Of a stretch of 64,000 bases of DNA, positions 24,324 to 36,247 are shown in pieces; the first letter of the stretch is position 1; each line of letters starts with the position of its first letter. A program made the position numbers and the translations under genes. The DNA comes from Tubiluchus corallicola (lineage: Eukaryota > Animalia > Priapulida). Under the pieces are notes generated by a model. That model was not told the origin of the DNA. It ran no database searches and worked only from the letters and a program-made list of their open reading frames with translations. The stretch is from positions 62,001-126,000 of the forward strand of contig JAQGDQ010000077.1 of NCBI GenBank assembly GCA_030141605.1, in the 5' to 3' direction.

Positions 24324-26276
24324 TTTCGTTTTTATTCCATGAGAGACATACAGTGAAAGCTCTATACCCCCTACTTTGGACTGCAAAAGTTGGCATACGT
24401 GAATTGGACATTATAACTAGGTACATCAATACATACATCTCTATGCAAATATAGACAATTAGTTTTGCCAAAAATATGAGCGTCAAGTGAGGTTGATTTA
24501 TAAACTGGAGCATTATAACGAGGTTTTACTTTATGCACAAATTACTGAAACTTAAGTTTAAAAATCACTGATATTATACTAATATGTACAAACTCAATTT
24601 ATAAAACTACTATTTACAAATTCAAGTTTAATATCAGATTATGTTATTTTCTAGAGTTTGATACCCTACCAATGCTACAAATTAGTTTTTTTGGTTCATT
24701 CATACTTTGTTAGATTCGTAAGATTATTTTACTGCCTACTACATGTATAAATTATTGTTATTTATTCCTACAATTAGCGAATACTTTGACACTGTTTTTA
24801 ATGCTGTTGAAATATAATTAGTTGAGGTTTGTGGTGTATCATGTATGTGTAGATTTTGATTTGAAGCCGAAAAAGCACCGTAAAGTTTGTATTTTATCTT
24901 TCTTTGCCAAGATCAAGTTAAGTTGAGCAGTTTTAAACCATTGTATTTCTTATTGCGTTTTGCCTTGCATATTATTGTTTCTACCAGCAGGTGTGTCTTG
25001 CAGTAGTAAAATAAAAATGATATCTTGTTATTTCCTGGATCATATAATTATTCTTTTGTTTGTTTTTATTTAAAGTTACAAATCCAAATCATCTCTTAGG
25101 GCGGGCATCACCAAAAGTGGTCGTTATCGTACCCTGGGGGTTTATCCAAGGGTCGATAAACGTCTGGGGGGCAAAAAGGGGTCGGTTTGCAAAATGTTTT
25201 TTAACATTACATTACTAGTTAAGAGACAGAAAAGTGGGCACGGGGTTATAAAATTAAATTCCAATATATTTAACATTTGTTTTTATAAAAAACAAAAAAT
25301 TCATATTTGACCAAATTTTTTGGTACATTCTACTTTATGGACGGTTTTGCACACGTGCTTTGCATTCGTAAGGATCGAGGAGAATTGACAGGCGTAATGT
25401 CTTCCGTGCCTTCAACTTTTACCTTTCGTGAAAAACACACCTCTTTTAGTCAATGCTTCGTCTAACACTAAATTATAGCTTTCAGCATTAAGATTTGAGC
25501 CATGCTGTAATGCTCCATACTGAGCCATTGTAAAAAGTTGGACTGTATTATCAATAACCAGCTTGTCAGATTTCGTAAATTGAAATGCACGAGTAAAACT
25601 GCAATGTCGTAATTCTGTATTTTAGTGCCGAGTTTTCAACAAAGGAAATTTTCGTGTGCCAACCTCCGATAGCTGGCGCCACAGTAACTTCCGATGCTTT
25701 GCGCACGTGTATTTTGGCGTAACAAAATATAATTTTTTTTAATATCTGCATGTTTTCGCAAAAATGAATACAAATTGCCGCCTTTCTTGAAGAAAAACAT
25801 TTTTATTCGCAACTTTGCAAATCTATCTAAAATATCTTGCTAAAAAAATCAACAAATTTATGTACAAATTTTTCGTCGAAATAATTATGCATCGAACACA
25901 AATAGTTATTCGAGTAAGCAAATGATTGATAACAAAGATTTCATTAAAATTTTATTTGTGCTAAAATTATTGTTTCATATATATACTACGCAACTTAATC
26001 TAAACCTGTGTTCGGTTTCGTTCAATCATCTAGAGTCACATGGGTACAGAATTTAATTATTGTAGCTGGGGTTACAGTCAGATATTGCGATGAATTTCAA
26101 AGTAGGCCTACTAGGCTGTGCTGTCAAACTCTGGACCACAACTCGATTAAGTTCTAAACTTGTTTTCAAATAATTAACTGCAAGAAAAATTTCAGTTTCG
26201 TAGTCCAATGTGGTAATTCATGAGGTTCGTTATCTGATATTGCTGTTGGTTGTTTAAGGTTTTATCGGTATCCAAA

Positions 26277-26495
26277 CTAGTAGTAGCCACCATAATATCC
26301 TCTGCCATATCCCCTGCCATATCCACGGTAGTATCTCGGCCGGTAGCGTCTTCTATATCGTGGTCTGTAGCGGTAGCCATATCCCCTGCCATATCCATAG
26401 CCGCGACGTCCGTAGCCACGGTATCGGCCCACATATCCTCCACCATAATAACCGCCGCCCCCATAGCTGTAGCCGGCCTGCACGGTAACCAGCGC
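26277..26495 (-). CDS. Orphan terminal exon, Gly/Tyr/Arg-rich peptide (left copy); upstream exon not found
   Basis: Acceptor ttttctttag|GCG, then ALVTVQA-GYSYGGGGYYGGGYVGRYRGYGRR...GYYGGYY*; ALVTVQA looks like the end of a signal peptide. Confidence 0.65.
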   Translation of the reverse strand, partial: ALVTVQAGYSYGGGGYYGGGYVGRYRGYGRRGYGYGRGYGYRYRPRYRRRYRPRYYRGYGRGYGRGYYGGYY

Positions 26496-26589
26496 CTAAA
26501 AGAAAAAGTAATTATGGAAATTATCTTGGAATAAATTCATAATTACCAGAAATGATTTATCTTGCAAGCTACGATGTCTCCTATCATAG

Positions 26590-26958
26590 TTCAACTTTTG
26601 AATACCCTGCCATCAAATTTAAAACAAATCAAGTCTTTCGACGAATTCAAATCAAAATTAAAAATGCATACATTGAATCGTTTTGAAAACCCAGCATACG
26701 TAAACGATAATATATCTTCATCCGCAAATTTTATTTACCCACGTCCATTTTAAATTATATGTATATATTGTATATAGTCTACTATAATTTGCGTGTAACA
26801 TTATAATGTATATTTTGTTTTAAATTTTTGGCACAGTAGCTTTTAGTTTGCACTGGACGCATTTGCCTTTAACAGCTGTGTGAATTTTACTGTCATGCTG
26901 CGATGTTCTTTTATGCTTTTATAGTTATGAATATCGATTTTTCATGGCAAATAAAGAT

Positions 26959-26965
<7 letters not shown>
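26590..26965 (+). mobile_element. LINE 3' end relic with AATAAA and (TA)n tail; mirrored at about 28368-28743 (-)
   Basis: LNTLPSNLKQIKSFDEFKSKLK resembles the WNxLP...FKxxLK C-terminus of CR1/L2-type ORF2. Confidence 0.6.
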
Positions 26966-27024
<59 letters not shown>

Positions 27025-28362
27025 TTATAATTATAAATATAATTATATATATATATATATTTATTTATCATCAACAGACGGCGCCACGTGCTCAAAACAT
27101 CTTAATCAAGGTACTAGTGTTGTCAACTTCACGCATACTTCTCGATAATAATAGAAAACGCAAACGTTTGTCAATATGTTCCTCTAGTAATAGCACCCCT
27201 ACACACAACTTGTCATCCCTACACACAATTTGGCACCCTCGGTTGTAAACGTCAGCGTCGTCGAACAACATGTAAAATCACGTAAACATTTCTAGCTAAG
27301 GGCATCACAGTTTTAAATATTTAGGTATTCGCTGCCACCCCCCACCCCCCTTCCGCAATTATTTCTATCCTAGATGCTTATAATTCACTCTGGGCTAAGT
27401 CAACGGGAAGCCGACTTGTAGTTCTTGGAGTATTTGTTAGACTCTCTGCCTCCTTATTCGATTCAGCACTTTATTGAACTATGAACTATGAATTTATTTT
27501 CAAACATCAAAATACATTATCATACGCATTAATAAACTTTAAATAAAATGATTTGAGTAGTGCGAGGTAAGTGTACGACCATACGGTCATTAACACACTC
27601 ACCTTACTTACATGAAAAAATGATTATAGTTATGCATGCTTCTGTAGATATAAATGTAATGTAAACTTAATGTAAATAAGGATGAAGTAAATGATGTAAT
27701 AATAGCAATGGTATAAGAGCAATAAACCTGAAAGTTGAGAAAGGAAAACATAATATGTAATTACGACTTTGAGTGAGCCTTAAAGAGTGAAATTTTTTTT
27801 TTAAATAGTTACGAATATGAATTATGTGATTATCTGTCAATGTACCACTTACTTGTATTACAATACACCATATTGCTTACTTGTATATACAATGATTTAT
27901 ATATATATATATATATGTACTCAAATTTATGTGGGGGAGAAGATTTAGCGGAAACCTGCTGAATAGAAATGGCAAAAAACATGTGGGTTGGAGACAAAAC
28001 TGAAGAAACACGATAAAAACATATTTCGACGAGAGACGGCGTTAGATGAATGCGATTATTCCTACTAATTATTGAGTTTGTTTAACTCGCCCACTAAGGC
28101 CTACATAAAAAAAACTAGTGCCAATTTTGTGCCGGTAGGGACACAAGCTGTACTGAGGTACTATAACTCAAAGAAAAATACATAAAAGTTACTTCTAAGA
28201 ACACGTCAAAGTAGTGAATTTGACAATTATAACAACACAACAGATCGCGCATGCGCGCCACCCTATGAAAAATAATAAATATATACAATTCTACAATTAT
28301 TTTATATCACAAATATAAATATATATACATACACAATATAAATATAAATATAAAACAAATAA

Positions 28363-30423
28363 ATATATATAATAATCTTTATTTGCCATGAAAAATCGAT
28401 ATTCATAACTATAAAAGCATAAAAGAACATCGCAGCATGACAGTAAAATTCACACAGCTGTTAAAGGCAAATGCGTCCAGTGCAAACTAAAAGCTACTGT
28501 GCCAAAAATTTAAAACAAAATATACATTATAATGTTACACGCAAATTATAGTAGACTATATACAATATATACATATAATTTAAAATGGACGTGGGTAAAT
28601 AAAATTTGCGGATGAATATATATTATCGTTTACGTATGCTGGGTTTTCAAAACGATTCAATGTATGTATTTTTAATTTTGATTTGAATTCGTCGAAAGAC
28701 TTGATTTGTTTTAAATTTGATGGCAGGGTATTCAAAAGTTGAACTATGATAGGAGACATCGTAGCTTGCAAGATAAATCATTTCTGGTAATTATGAATTT
28801 ATTCCAAGATAATTTCCATAATTACTTTTTCTTTTAGGCGCTGGTTACCGTGCAGGCCGGCTACAGCTATGGGGGCGGCGGTTATTATGGTGGAGGATAT
28901 GTGGGCCGATACCGTGGCTACGGACGTCGCGGCTATGGATATGGCAGGGGATATGGCTACCGCTACAGACCACGATATAGAAGACGCTACCGGCCGAGAT
29001 ACTACCGTGGATATGGCAGGGGATATGGCAGAGGATATTATGGTGGCTACTACTAGTTTGGATACCGATAAAACCTTAAACAACCAACAGCAATATCAGA
29101 TAACGAACCTCATGAATTACCACATTGGACTACGAAACTAAAATTTTTCTTGCAGTTAATTATTTGAAAACAAGTTTAGAACTTAATCGAGTTGTGGTCC
29201 AGAGTTTGACAGCACAGCCTAGTAGGCCTACTTTGAAATTCATCGCAATATCTGACTGTAACCCCAGCTACAATAATTAAATTCTGTACCCATGTGACTC
29301 TAGATGATTGAACGAAACCGAACACAGGTTTAGATTAAGTTGCGTAGTATATATATGAAACAATAATTTTAGCACAAATAAAATTTTAATGAAATCTTTG
29401 TTATCAATCATTTGCTTACTCGAATAACTATTTGTGTTCGATGCATAATTATTTCGACGAAAAATTTGTACATAAATTTGTTGATTTTTTTAGCAAGATA
29501 TTTTAGATAGATTTGCAAAGTTGCGAATAAAAATGTTTTTCTTCAAGAAAGGCGGCAATTTGTATTCATTTTTGCGAAAACATGCAGATATTAAAAAAAA
29601 TTATATTTTGTTACGCCAAAATACACGTGCGCAAAGCATCGGAAGTTACTGTGGCGCCAGCTATCGGAGGTTGGCACACGAAAATTTCCTTTGTTGAAAA
29701 CTCGGCACTAAAATACAGAATTACGACATTGCAGTTTTACTCGTGCATTTCAATTTACGAAATCTGACAAGCTGGTTATTGATAATACAGTCCAACTTTT
29801 TACAATGGCTCAGTATGGAGCATTACAGCATGGCTCAAATCTTAATGCTGAAAGCTATAATTTAGTGTTAGACGAAGCATTGACTAAAAGAGGTGTGTTT
29901 TTCACGAAAGGTAAAAGTTGAAGGCACGGAAGACATTACGCCTGTCAATTCTCCTCGATCCTTACGAATGCAAAGCACGTGTGCAAAACCGTCCATAAAG
30001 TAGAATGTACCAAAAAATTTGGTCAAATATGAATTTTTTGTTTTTTATAAAAACAAATGTTAAATATATTGGAATTTAATTTTATAACCCCGTGCCCACT
30101 TTTCTGTCTCTTAACTAGTAATGTAATGTTAAAAAACATTTTGCTAACCGACCCTTTTTGCCCCCCAGACGTTTATCGACCCTTGGATAAACCCCCAGGG
30201 TACGATAACGACCACTTTTGGTGACGCCCGCCCTAAGAGATGATTTGGATTTGTAACTTTAAATAAAAACAAACAAAAGAATAATTATATGATCCAGGAA
30301 ATAACAAGATATCATTTTTATTTTACTACTGCAAGACACACTTGCTGGTAGAAACAATAATATGCAAGGCAAAACGCAATAAGAAATACAATGGTTTAAA
30401 ACTGCTCAACTTAACTTGATCTT
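28363..30423. repeat. Right arm of the inverted duplication
   Basis: Reverse complement of 24909-26970. Confidence 0.97.
28838..29056 (+). CDS. Orphan terminal exon, Gly/Tyr/Arg-rich peptide (right copy)
   Basis: Same sequence as the left copy; acceptor AG at 28836-28837; AATAAA at about 29377. Confidence 0.65.
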   Translation, partial: ALVTVQAGYSYGGGGYYGGGYVGRYRGYGRRGYGYGRGYGYRYRPRYRRRYRPRYYRGYGRGYGRGYYGGYY

Positions 30424-31240
30424 TGGCTGTTTGCTGGTTTTTCCTGGACAGCAGCAGGTCACATCGCACAGCTTGGGCTGTAGTAAGCAGGTGATCTATA
30501 AATTATGTACGATCACGCAAGTGTACACCATAGACTTAATCTACTCAAAAGCCAAGTTGGAATGCCTGAAGAGGGCGTGTTTTTTCTTAATTTTTTCAAA
30601 TTAAATCACTTATAAATGTATAAACAAATGGCATGATTGACGTATTGAGATTCTCCTCAATAGAACAGTACTTAAATTGTAATCGTTTAGTTATGTCTGT
30701 GCTCATACAGTAGCAGAAAAGTTCTTGGTCTTATAAGACATGTTTTGAATCGTGCGTTTCCTGAAGGAGTTAATTTATTCCTTGGCAGACATGCAGTGAA
30801 ACCTCTATACCGCGTACTTTGTACTGCAAAAGTTGGCATAAGTGAGTTTGACATTATAACTAATTACATTAATACATACATCTCTATGCCAATATAGACA
30901 ATTAGTTCTGCCAAAAATATGAGCGTCAAGCGAGGCTGGCTTTATAAACGGGAACAAATTACTGAAACTTAAGTTTAAACATCACTGATATCATACTAAT
31001 ATGTACAAACTCAATTTATAAAACTACTATTTACAAATTCAAAAGTTTAATATCAGATTATGTTATTTTCTAGAGTTTGATACCCCTACCAATGCTACAA
31101 ATTAGTTTTTTTGGTTCATTCATACTTTAATAGATTTCGTAAGATTATTTTACTGCCTACTACATGCTAAATTATTGTTATTTATTCCTACAATTAGCGA
31201 ATACTTTGACACTGTTTTTAATGCTGCTGAAATATAATTA
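30423..31240. repeat. Diverged direct duplicate of 23974-24820 (right half of MITE P1 plus its flank)
   Basis: Colinear from ttggctgttt to atactttgacactgtttttaatgctg.tgaaatataatta; roughly 90 percent identical by eye. Confidence 0.9.
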
Positions 31241-31251
31241 TTATCATTTGT

Positions 31252-31456
31252 TGAAAATTTTCTTGCTTTCTGTCCTGTATTGTGCTAGCGTAATAATAAT
31301 CTTTCTTATGTAGGTGTAGTTTTTTATTTACAGAACATTCCGACAAAACCCTCATTGCAGGCTTGTACTGTTTATTGAATTTAAAGCCGATTTTAAATAA
31401 AAGTTATTGTTATTATTACGCTAGCACAATACAGGACGAAAGCAAGAAAATTTTCA
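31252..31456. repeat. Short inverted repeat (about 48-bp arms, about 110-bp loop)
   Basis: tgaaaattttcttgctttctgtcctgtattgtgctagcgtaataataa vs ttattattacgctagcacaatacaggacgaaagcaagaaaattttca. Confidence 0.9.
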
Positions 31457-31705
31457 GTAAATTCAATGATGGGCGGACTTTACTTAATTATGTATTAGTC
31501 TGTGAGTAGAGTGAATTATTAACAGGATCTTGCTTTGGAAACAATAAGAAATGAACTAGATAAGGTTCCAGCTAGCTGTTAAAACTGTTATTATTACAAT
31601 GGCATGGACTGCGAGGCGTTGTCAAGCGTACACGAATGTGTCGTCTGATACACTTAACCTTTGACCTTTCACGATCATTATCAATTGCTAGAACTGTGAA
31701 AAGGC

Positions 31706-31975
31706 TTATTCACTAAAACTGAACTGAGCAAATTGTCTTTGAAAATTTTTCTCTACCTTTTGACCAGACGCCAAACTCTGTACTGAATCTGATGACTCTC
31801 TGGCACTGTCTAGACTCAATTTATCTCTGTCACAGATGCTATCAGAGGGGGAGTATGACTGCAAAGAGATGCCTGAGTCACTGAACTGTCGCAGATGATA
31901 TGAAGCCAAACGTGACCTTCTGGCGACTTTGGGCGTCTTTAGCAACGGCCGCAAGGGTTTGGTTAGGTAGTGGTA
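31706..31975 (-). CDS. Possible unassigned terminal coding exon (Ser-rich)
   Basis: atag|TAC opens 89 codons YHYLTKPLRPLLKTPK...RQFSDSGISLQS...FSE*; weak acceptor and no partner exon found. Confidence 0.3.
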   Translation of the reverse strand, partial: YHYLTKPLRPLLKTPKVARRSRLASYHLRQFSDSGISLQSYSPSDSICDRDKLSLDSARESSDSVQSLASGQKVEKNFQRQFAQFSFSE

Positions 31976-32689
31976 CTATCTTACACCACAAATCATAAAC
32001 ATATAAATGCAAATAAAATTTACTATAGGGTAACACACAATCTAAGCTATTAAGATACCAAAGCTAGTGATTGACCCCTCCATCCACTTCGTGAACTTTG
32101 GATCAGAGTTTATGCGATAAAGATTAGCATTTAACTGGAAAAGCTATATCTGCCTGTCGATAAAGTGCTCCAACTACAGGTAAGTGCAACGAGAAAATGA
32201 GTGAGGGCCGTACTCTTGAAAATTTACTTCGACGGTAAGTGACGGTAACGGTATTTTTTTCTTCAAGGTCTCTTCATCTGTTGTAAACATTTAGATAAAA
32301 ATTTACTTACAACTTGTAACAGAAAGTACAGATAGGTTGCCATCTTTAATTTTGTACGCCTCAAAGACGCACCGTGCGTTGTTGATATTGAAGCGCTTAC
32401 CCAGTACCACCACGGGTTTGTTAGTCTTCTATCTCGAACAATGATAATGAATCATCGTGAGAAGTATGATGGTAGACTGTTTCGGCAGCTGGTTCGATAA
32501 CTGATGCTCTCCACACCTTTAATTAATTAAACTGTATGAACTAACCGTTACCCCTTCCTAATTGTTTGGTTAATTAATTTGTGCTAATCTTCTATGTATT
32601 TTTTGACACTTCTAGTATGTCGTCAAAGACTTTTTAGAAGTATATTATTCAAGACTGACCGGGACAAAAAATAAATTATTTGGTTTGTA

Positions 32690-32818
32690 AAGGCGAGCAA
32701 TTTTTACCAGAAATCGAATTCTGAATTATTTGAATTTATAATTAATTTTAGATTCTAATGGAATTCGAACTAAAAAGAATTAGTTGGAATCGAATTCGAA
32801 AGTTTGATGCTCACCCTA
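32690..32818. mobile_element. Internally deleted hAT-like MITE (394-767 family)
   Basis: taccagaaatcgaattc ... gaatcgaattcgaa...tgatgctcacccta. Confidence 0.6.
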
Positions 32819-35059
32819 ACATAGTCTGCCCATAATAATGCATATGTCTCACAAACTGGTCTATTGAACATAGATCAATGACATGTTTTTGGACAATCTA
32901 ATCCTTCCACTCTCCTCTTTAGGTTAACTTCAATGTGTTTGGTAGAATTAAGTCTTGTGATTTTCCGTACCATTCAGTTTGATCTATTCCAATTATGACA
33001 GATCTCCATTTGTTTCAGCAGCATGCAGTTTACTAAAATAAATTGTTTTGTACTATTACTGGTGGTTTTTGTCCACCAGTTCCTAAGAGTTAAAATTGGA
33101 TTAACAATGTTGCATGGCTAAAGCACAGAAACAGAAAATGCATTGACTGATGGTAGACCATAATAAGTACTTAACATCATAACAGTGAAATAAATTTCAT
33201 TAAAACGATTTATGCAGGCATCCACCAAAAACGAAACAATGTAAATAAAAACAGGTAAAAAATTAATTTCTTGTCATTATATTTAATTTCCTTGATTTAC
33301 AGGGAAGAAACCACTGGTATCTTAATTTAATGTAAACAAAAGTTATTTTAATGTTCGTCAAAATGATTCCATGTGAACACATCTGATAGTGCAACATAAT
33401 AATACTACATGTAATACAAAACCTTATGCTAAGCACACATAATGAACCATTCGAATGCACTTTCATCAATTCATCTCACAACATCGGGGAGTACATAAGT
33501 GATGATAATTCAAGCATTTTTGACATTAAGTTTGTAAAAAAGGGATTAGCTCACTTATTTTACCACAAAATAAACTGTTACTATACATGATCTTCAGTAT
33601 TATCTGTTAAACCCAACATTTTTCTCTAGAATAAAGCAGACTGATATTTAAACCGATAGGGCATCCATTCTACTAAAAATCACATAACTAAGTCTTTGGG
33701 GTAAAACTAAAAATACGCTGATGAACACTAAACAATGTATAATGATTGCATTTTCTGATAGATATTGATAATAAATATAAAATAATAGCATTAATAATGA
33801 TATTATTAATAATAATAATAACAATAATAATAATTATACTAAATAATCACAACTTATATTTGTGGTAAAGCAACCATATTCTGGTCAATAAAATCATACA
33901 GTTTTTTAATTGAAGAAGGAATTACCAATTGGTTAAAAAAATAAACCCAAAAAGAAATCATTTAACTATTAATACAGAACAAGTTCCACCAAAAAAAAGT
34001 GACAATACAAAATTTGAATCAATTGATAGCACTCTTACACACTTAAAGTGTTCCCAATTTATTTCAAAATTAAACTTGTGAGCAAACAGCAATGATTACA
34101 TTGGCAGTATTAAGTAACTAAAGTATGTATGGTAAGTGCTCTAAAAATGCAGGTTAGCTTTAGTAAAATTGCAAAACGAGTTCCATAATAGCCATTACAA
34201 TTTTCTTCTTTTTTTCACAAAAACAATTATATTAAGTGAAAACATGCAGTATGGTGACTGGGCCTGTCGAATTACATTTCAATTTTCAAAGTGAATATCT
34301 AACAACACGAACTCATTGTAAAGCATTTAATACAAAACTATAGTATTCAGAACTGAACTTTACCTTCAAACTATTCAGCTCACAACAAGCACGTTAATAT
34401 AAACATTGATATCCTTTTAGAAACAAATGCACATTGTTGTTTTAAAGAAATACATAAAGAATCATAAAGAACTGTTGGTCCTGGCATCCATTAAAAATGA
34501 TATATGTACTTATTTTTGAAGTGATCCTAATTTGTCATCCTGACAAAAAAATCATAAGGAATTGAATTTATCTAGTACTTTTGTGACTCCAATTTTAGTA
34601 ATTTCATATCGACAGCTGCATATTCGTAACAAATTTATTATAGTCTAGTATAATATGCTTACTATAAGCATATTTCGAGAATAAAAATTACAAACCATTT
34701 GACAGAATAAAGTGCATGATAAATAACATACAAAACTGTCCATGTTCTAGCAATTAATTAGTATAAAAAGTACCAACATGCAAAATAAATGACATTTGAT
34801 TTCTGTGCAATACTGACAAATATACCTAAGGCAGCATACAAATAGTTCACAGTAATATCTGAAAATTACTGGCACTTTGTGCTCATAATAAAAACACTGT
34901 AACAATGTAAAAATTTAACAACCATGATTAGTAATTAACATGAACTCTTTCTCCTATAGCTGAGCAACAACACAGTAAAAAATATGGACAGACTAGGAAA
35001 CACAGTAACAAATGTGGACAGAGCCAGTGCAGCAACTTTGCTTAGTTTGGCAGAAGGCA

Positions 35060-35150
35060 CTAAAAGAAGCTGTCATCTAAACCATCACCTTGTGATGCAG
35101 CAGGCTTTAAAGGTAAACTTTTATTACGGCTTCCCCGTGGTAGACTCGTC
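35060..35150 (-). CDS. SLAIN: SLAIN exon 10 (last)
   Basis: tcacag|G...TAG; TSLPRGSRNKSLPLKPAASQGDGLDDSFF* with SxLP motifs and an acidic-aromatic tail. Confidence 0.8.
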
Positions 35151-35365
35151 CTGTGAACATTAATATTACAAAGTTATCATGACGACGGAATTTCGCTGAT
35201 TTTGAAGTGAAATCTCTTAATCAAATAAAGCATTTAAGATAGCTAAGAATTTTTTTAGCTATCACCATGGTTGATCTCAATTTTTTTAACACATTGCACA
35301 CCAAAAGATGAATTTGATGTCTTCAATATGGCTGTAACATACAAATAAGTTTCATATACACTTAC

Positions 35366-35612
35366 TTTCTTGGTCGTGAGTTAGGAGTAGGACAAGATCC
35401 AGGTAGACTAGTTTTCCGAGTGCTGGTCAATACGGGTGTCCCAATAGGAGTGGAGGATTTGCCAGTGGGTCTAACTGATCCATCTCTCTTGGCAGGGGGG
35501 TTAGCAAGAAGAGCTTTTTTTGCTGGAGTAGATTTAGACTGCGGCATTCTCTGTTGTGGAATTTGGTAATTTTGTTGAGGATAATTCGTCCTTTTGTAAA
35601 CTGGTTTTTCCA
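35366..35612 (-). CDS. SLAIN: SLAIN exon 9
   Basis: gagcag|TG...AA|gtaagt, phase 1-2; basic, Ser/Pro-rich, RKTSLP. Confidence 0.8.
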
Positions 35613-35765
35613 CTGCTCAAAATAAATAAACAAGTAAAAAACAATTGTTATCAAGAGATATTATAGTAGCAGGAGAAGCACCACACTATTACTATAACAC
35701 ATTTTCATGCTACAGGAATAGACAACTTTTATACAATTATAATTATGTTAGTACAATATACTTAC

Positions 35766-35876
35766 TATTGTGCAACAGATGCAGTTTTGAATCGGTGCTC
35801 TTAGACCGAGGTATATTCACACGATTATTCATAGTGTGAGGCTTTGATGAATTCGGCATCGAGTGCTTCTGATAAT
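35766..35876 (-). CDS. SLAIN: SLAIN exon 8
   Basis: ctttag|AT...A|gtaagt, phase 1-1; YQKHSMPNSSK, similar to the SLAIN RSMPNL motif. Confidence 0.78.
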
Positions 35877-35901
35877 CTAAAGAAAAGAAAAAACAGTAAT
35901 C

Positions 35902-35947
<46 letters not shown>

Positions 35948-36247
35948 TAAATAACGCACAAAATGGTAAGAATAAAGAATAAGCATAAAACAAATGAATT
36001 GAATGTTTTACTTTTACTTTCATTGTTTAGTACTTTTTCATTACTTGCCTAGAGCAAGCAATCTCTTTACACCAGAGTAATGCAAAATTTTTCAATACAA
36101 ATATTTTTTCTAGATTTATAATGATTTCAACCATTCATTTGTCTTGCTAGTTTGATGACCTGCCACTATGATTCATATCAGAATTTGAGCCCAGACACAT
36201 GAAACTGAAACAAATGGGAGTGAAAATAGAAAACATGTGGTAATACC

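Larger units (their letters stand above)
24909..26970. repeat. Left arm of a near-perfect inverted duplication
   Basis: Reverse complement of 28363-30423; mirrored ORF coordinates sum to 55333; about 7 differences spotted by eye. Confidence 0.97.

Noticed and set aside
26250-26534. 94-aa ISPAIS-repeat ORF (mirror at 28799-29083)
   Set aside because: Antisense shadow of the repetitive Gly/Tyr codons; starts at TTG; no independent support.
28746-28837. ATG-containing mini-exon with tg|gtaatt donor just upstream of the GYR exon
   Set aside because: Joins in the non-GYR frame through a 51-nt intron, encodes no signal peptide and abuts a LINE relic; cannot be supported as the missing first exon.
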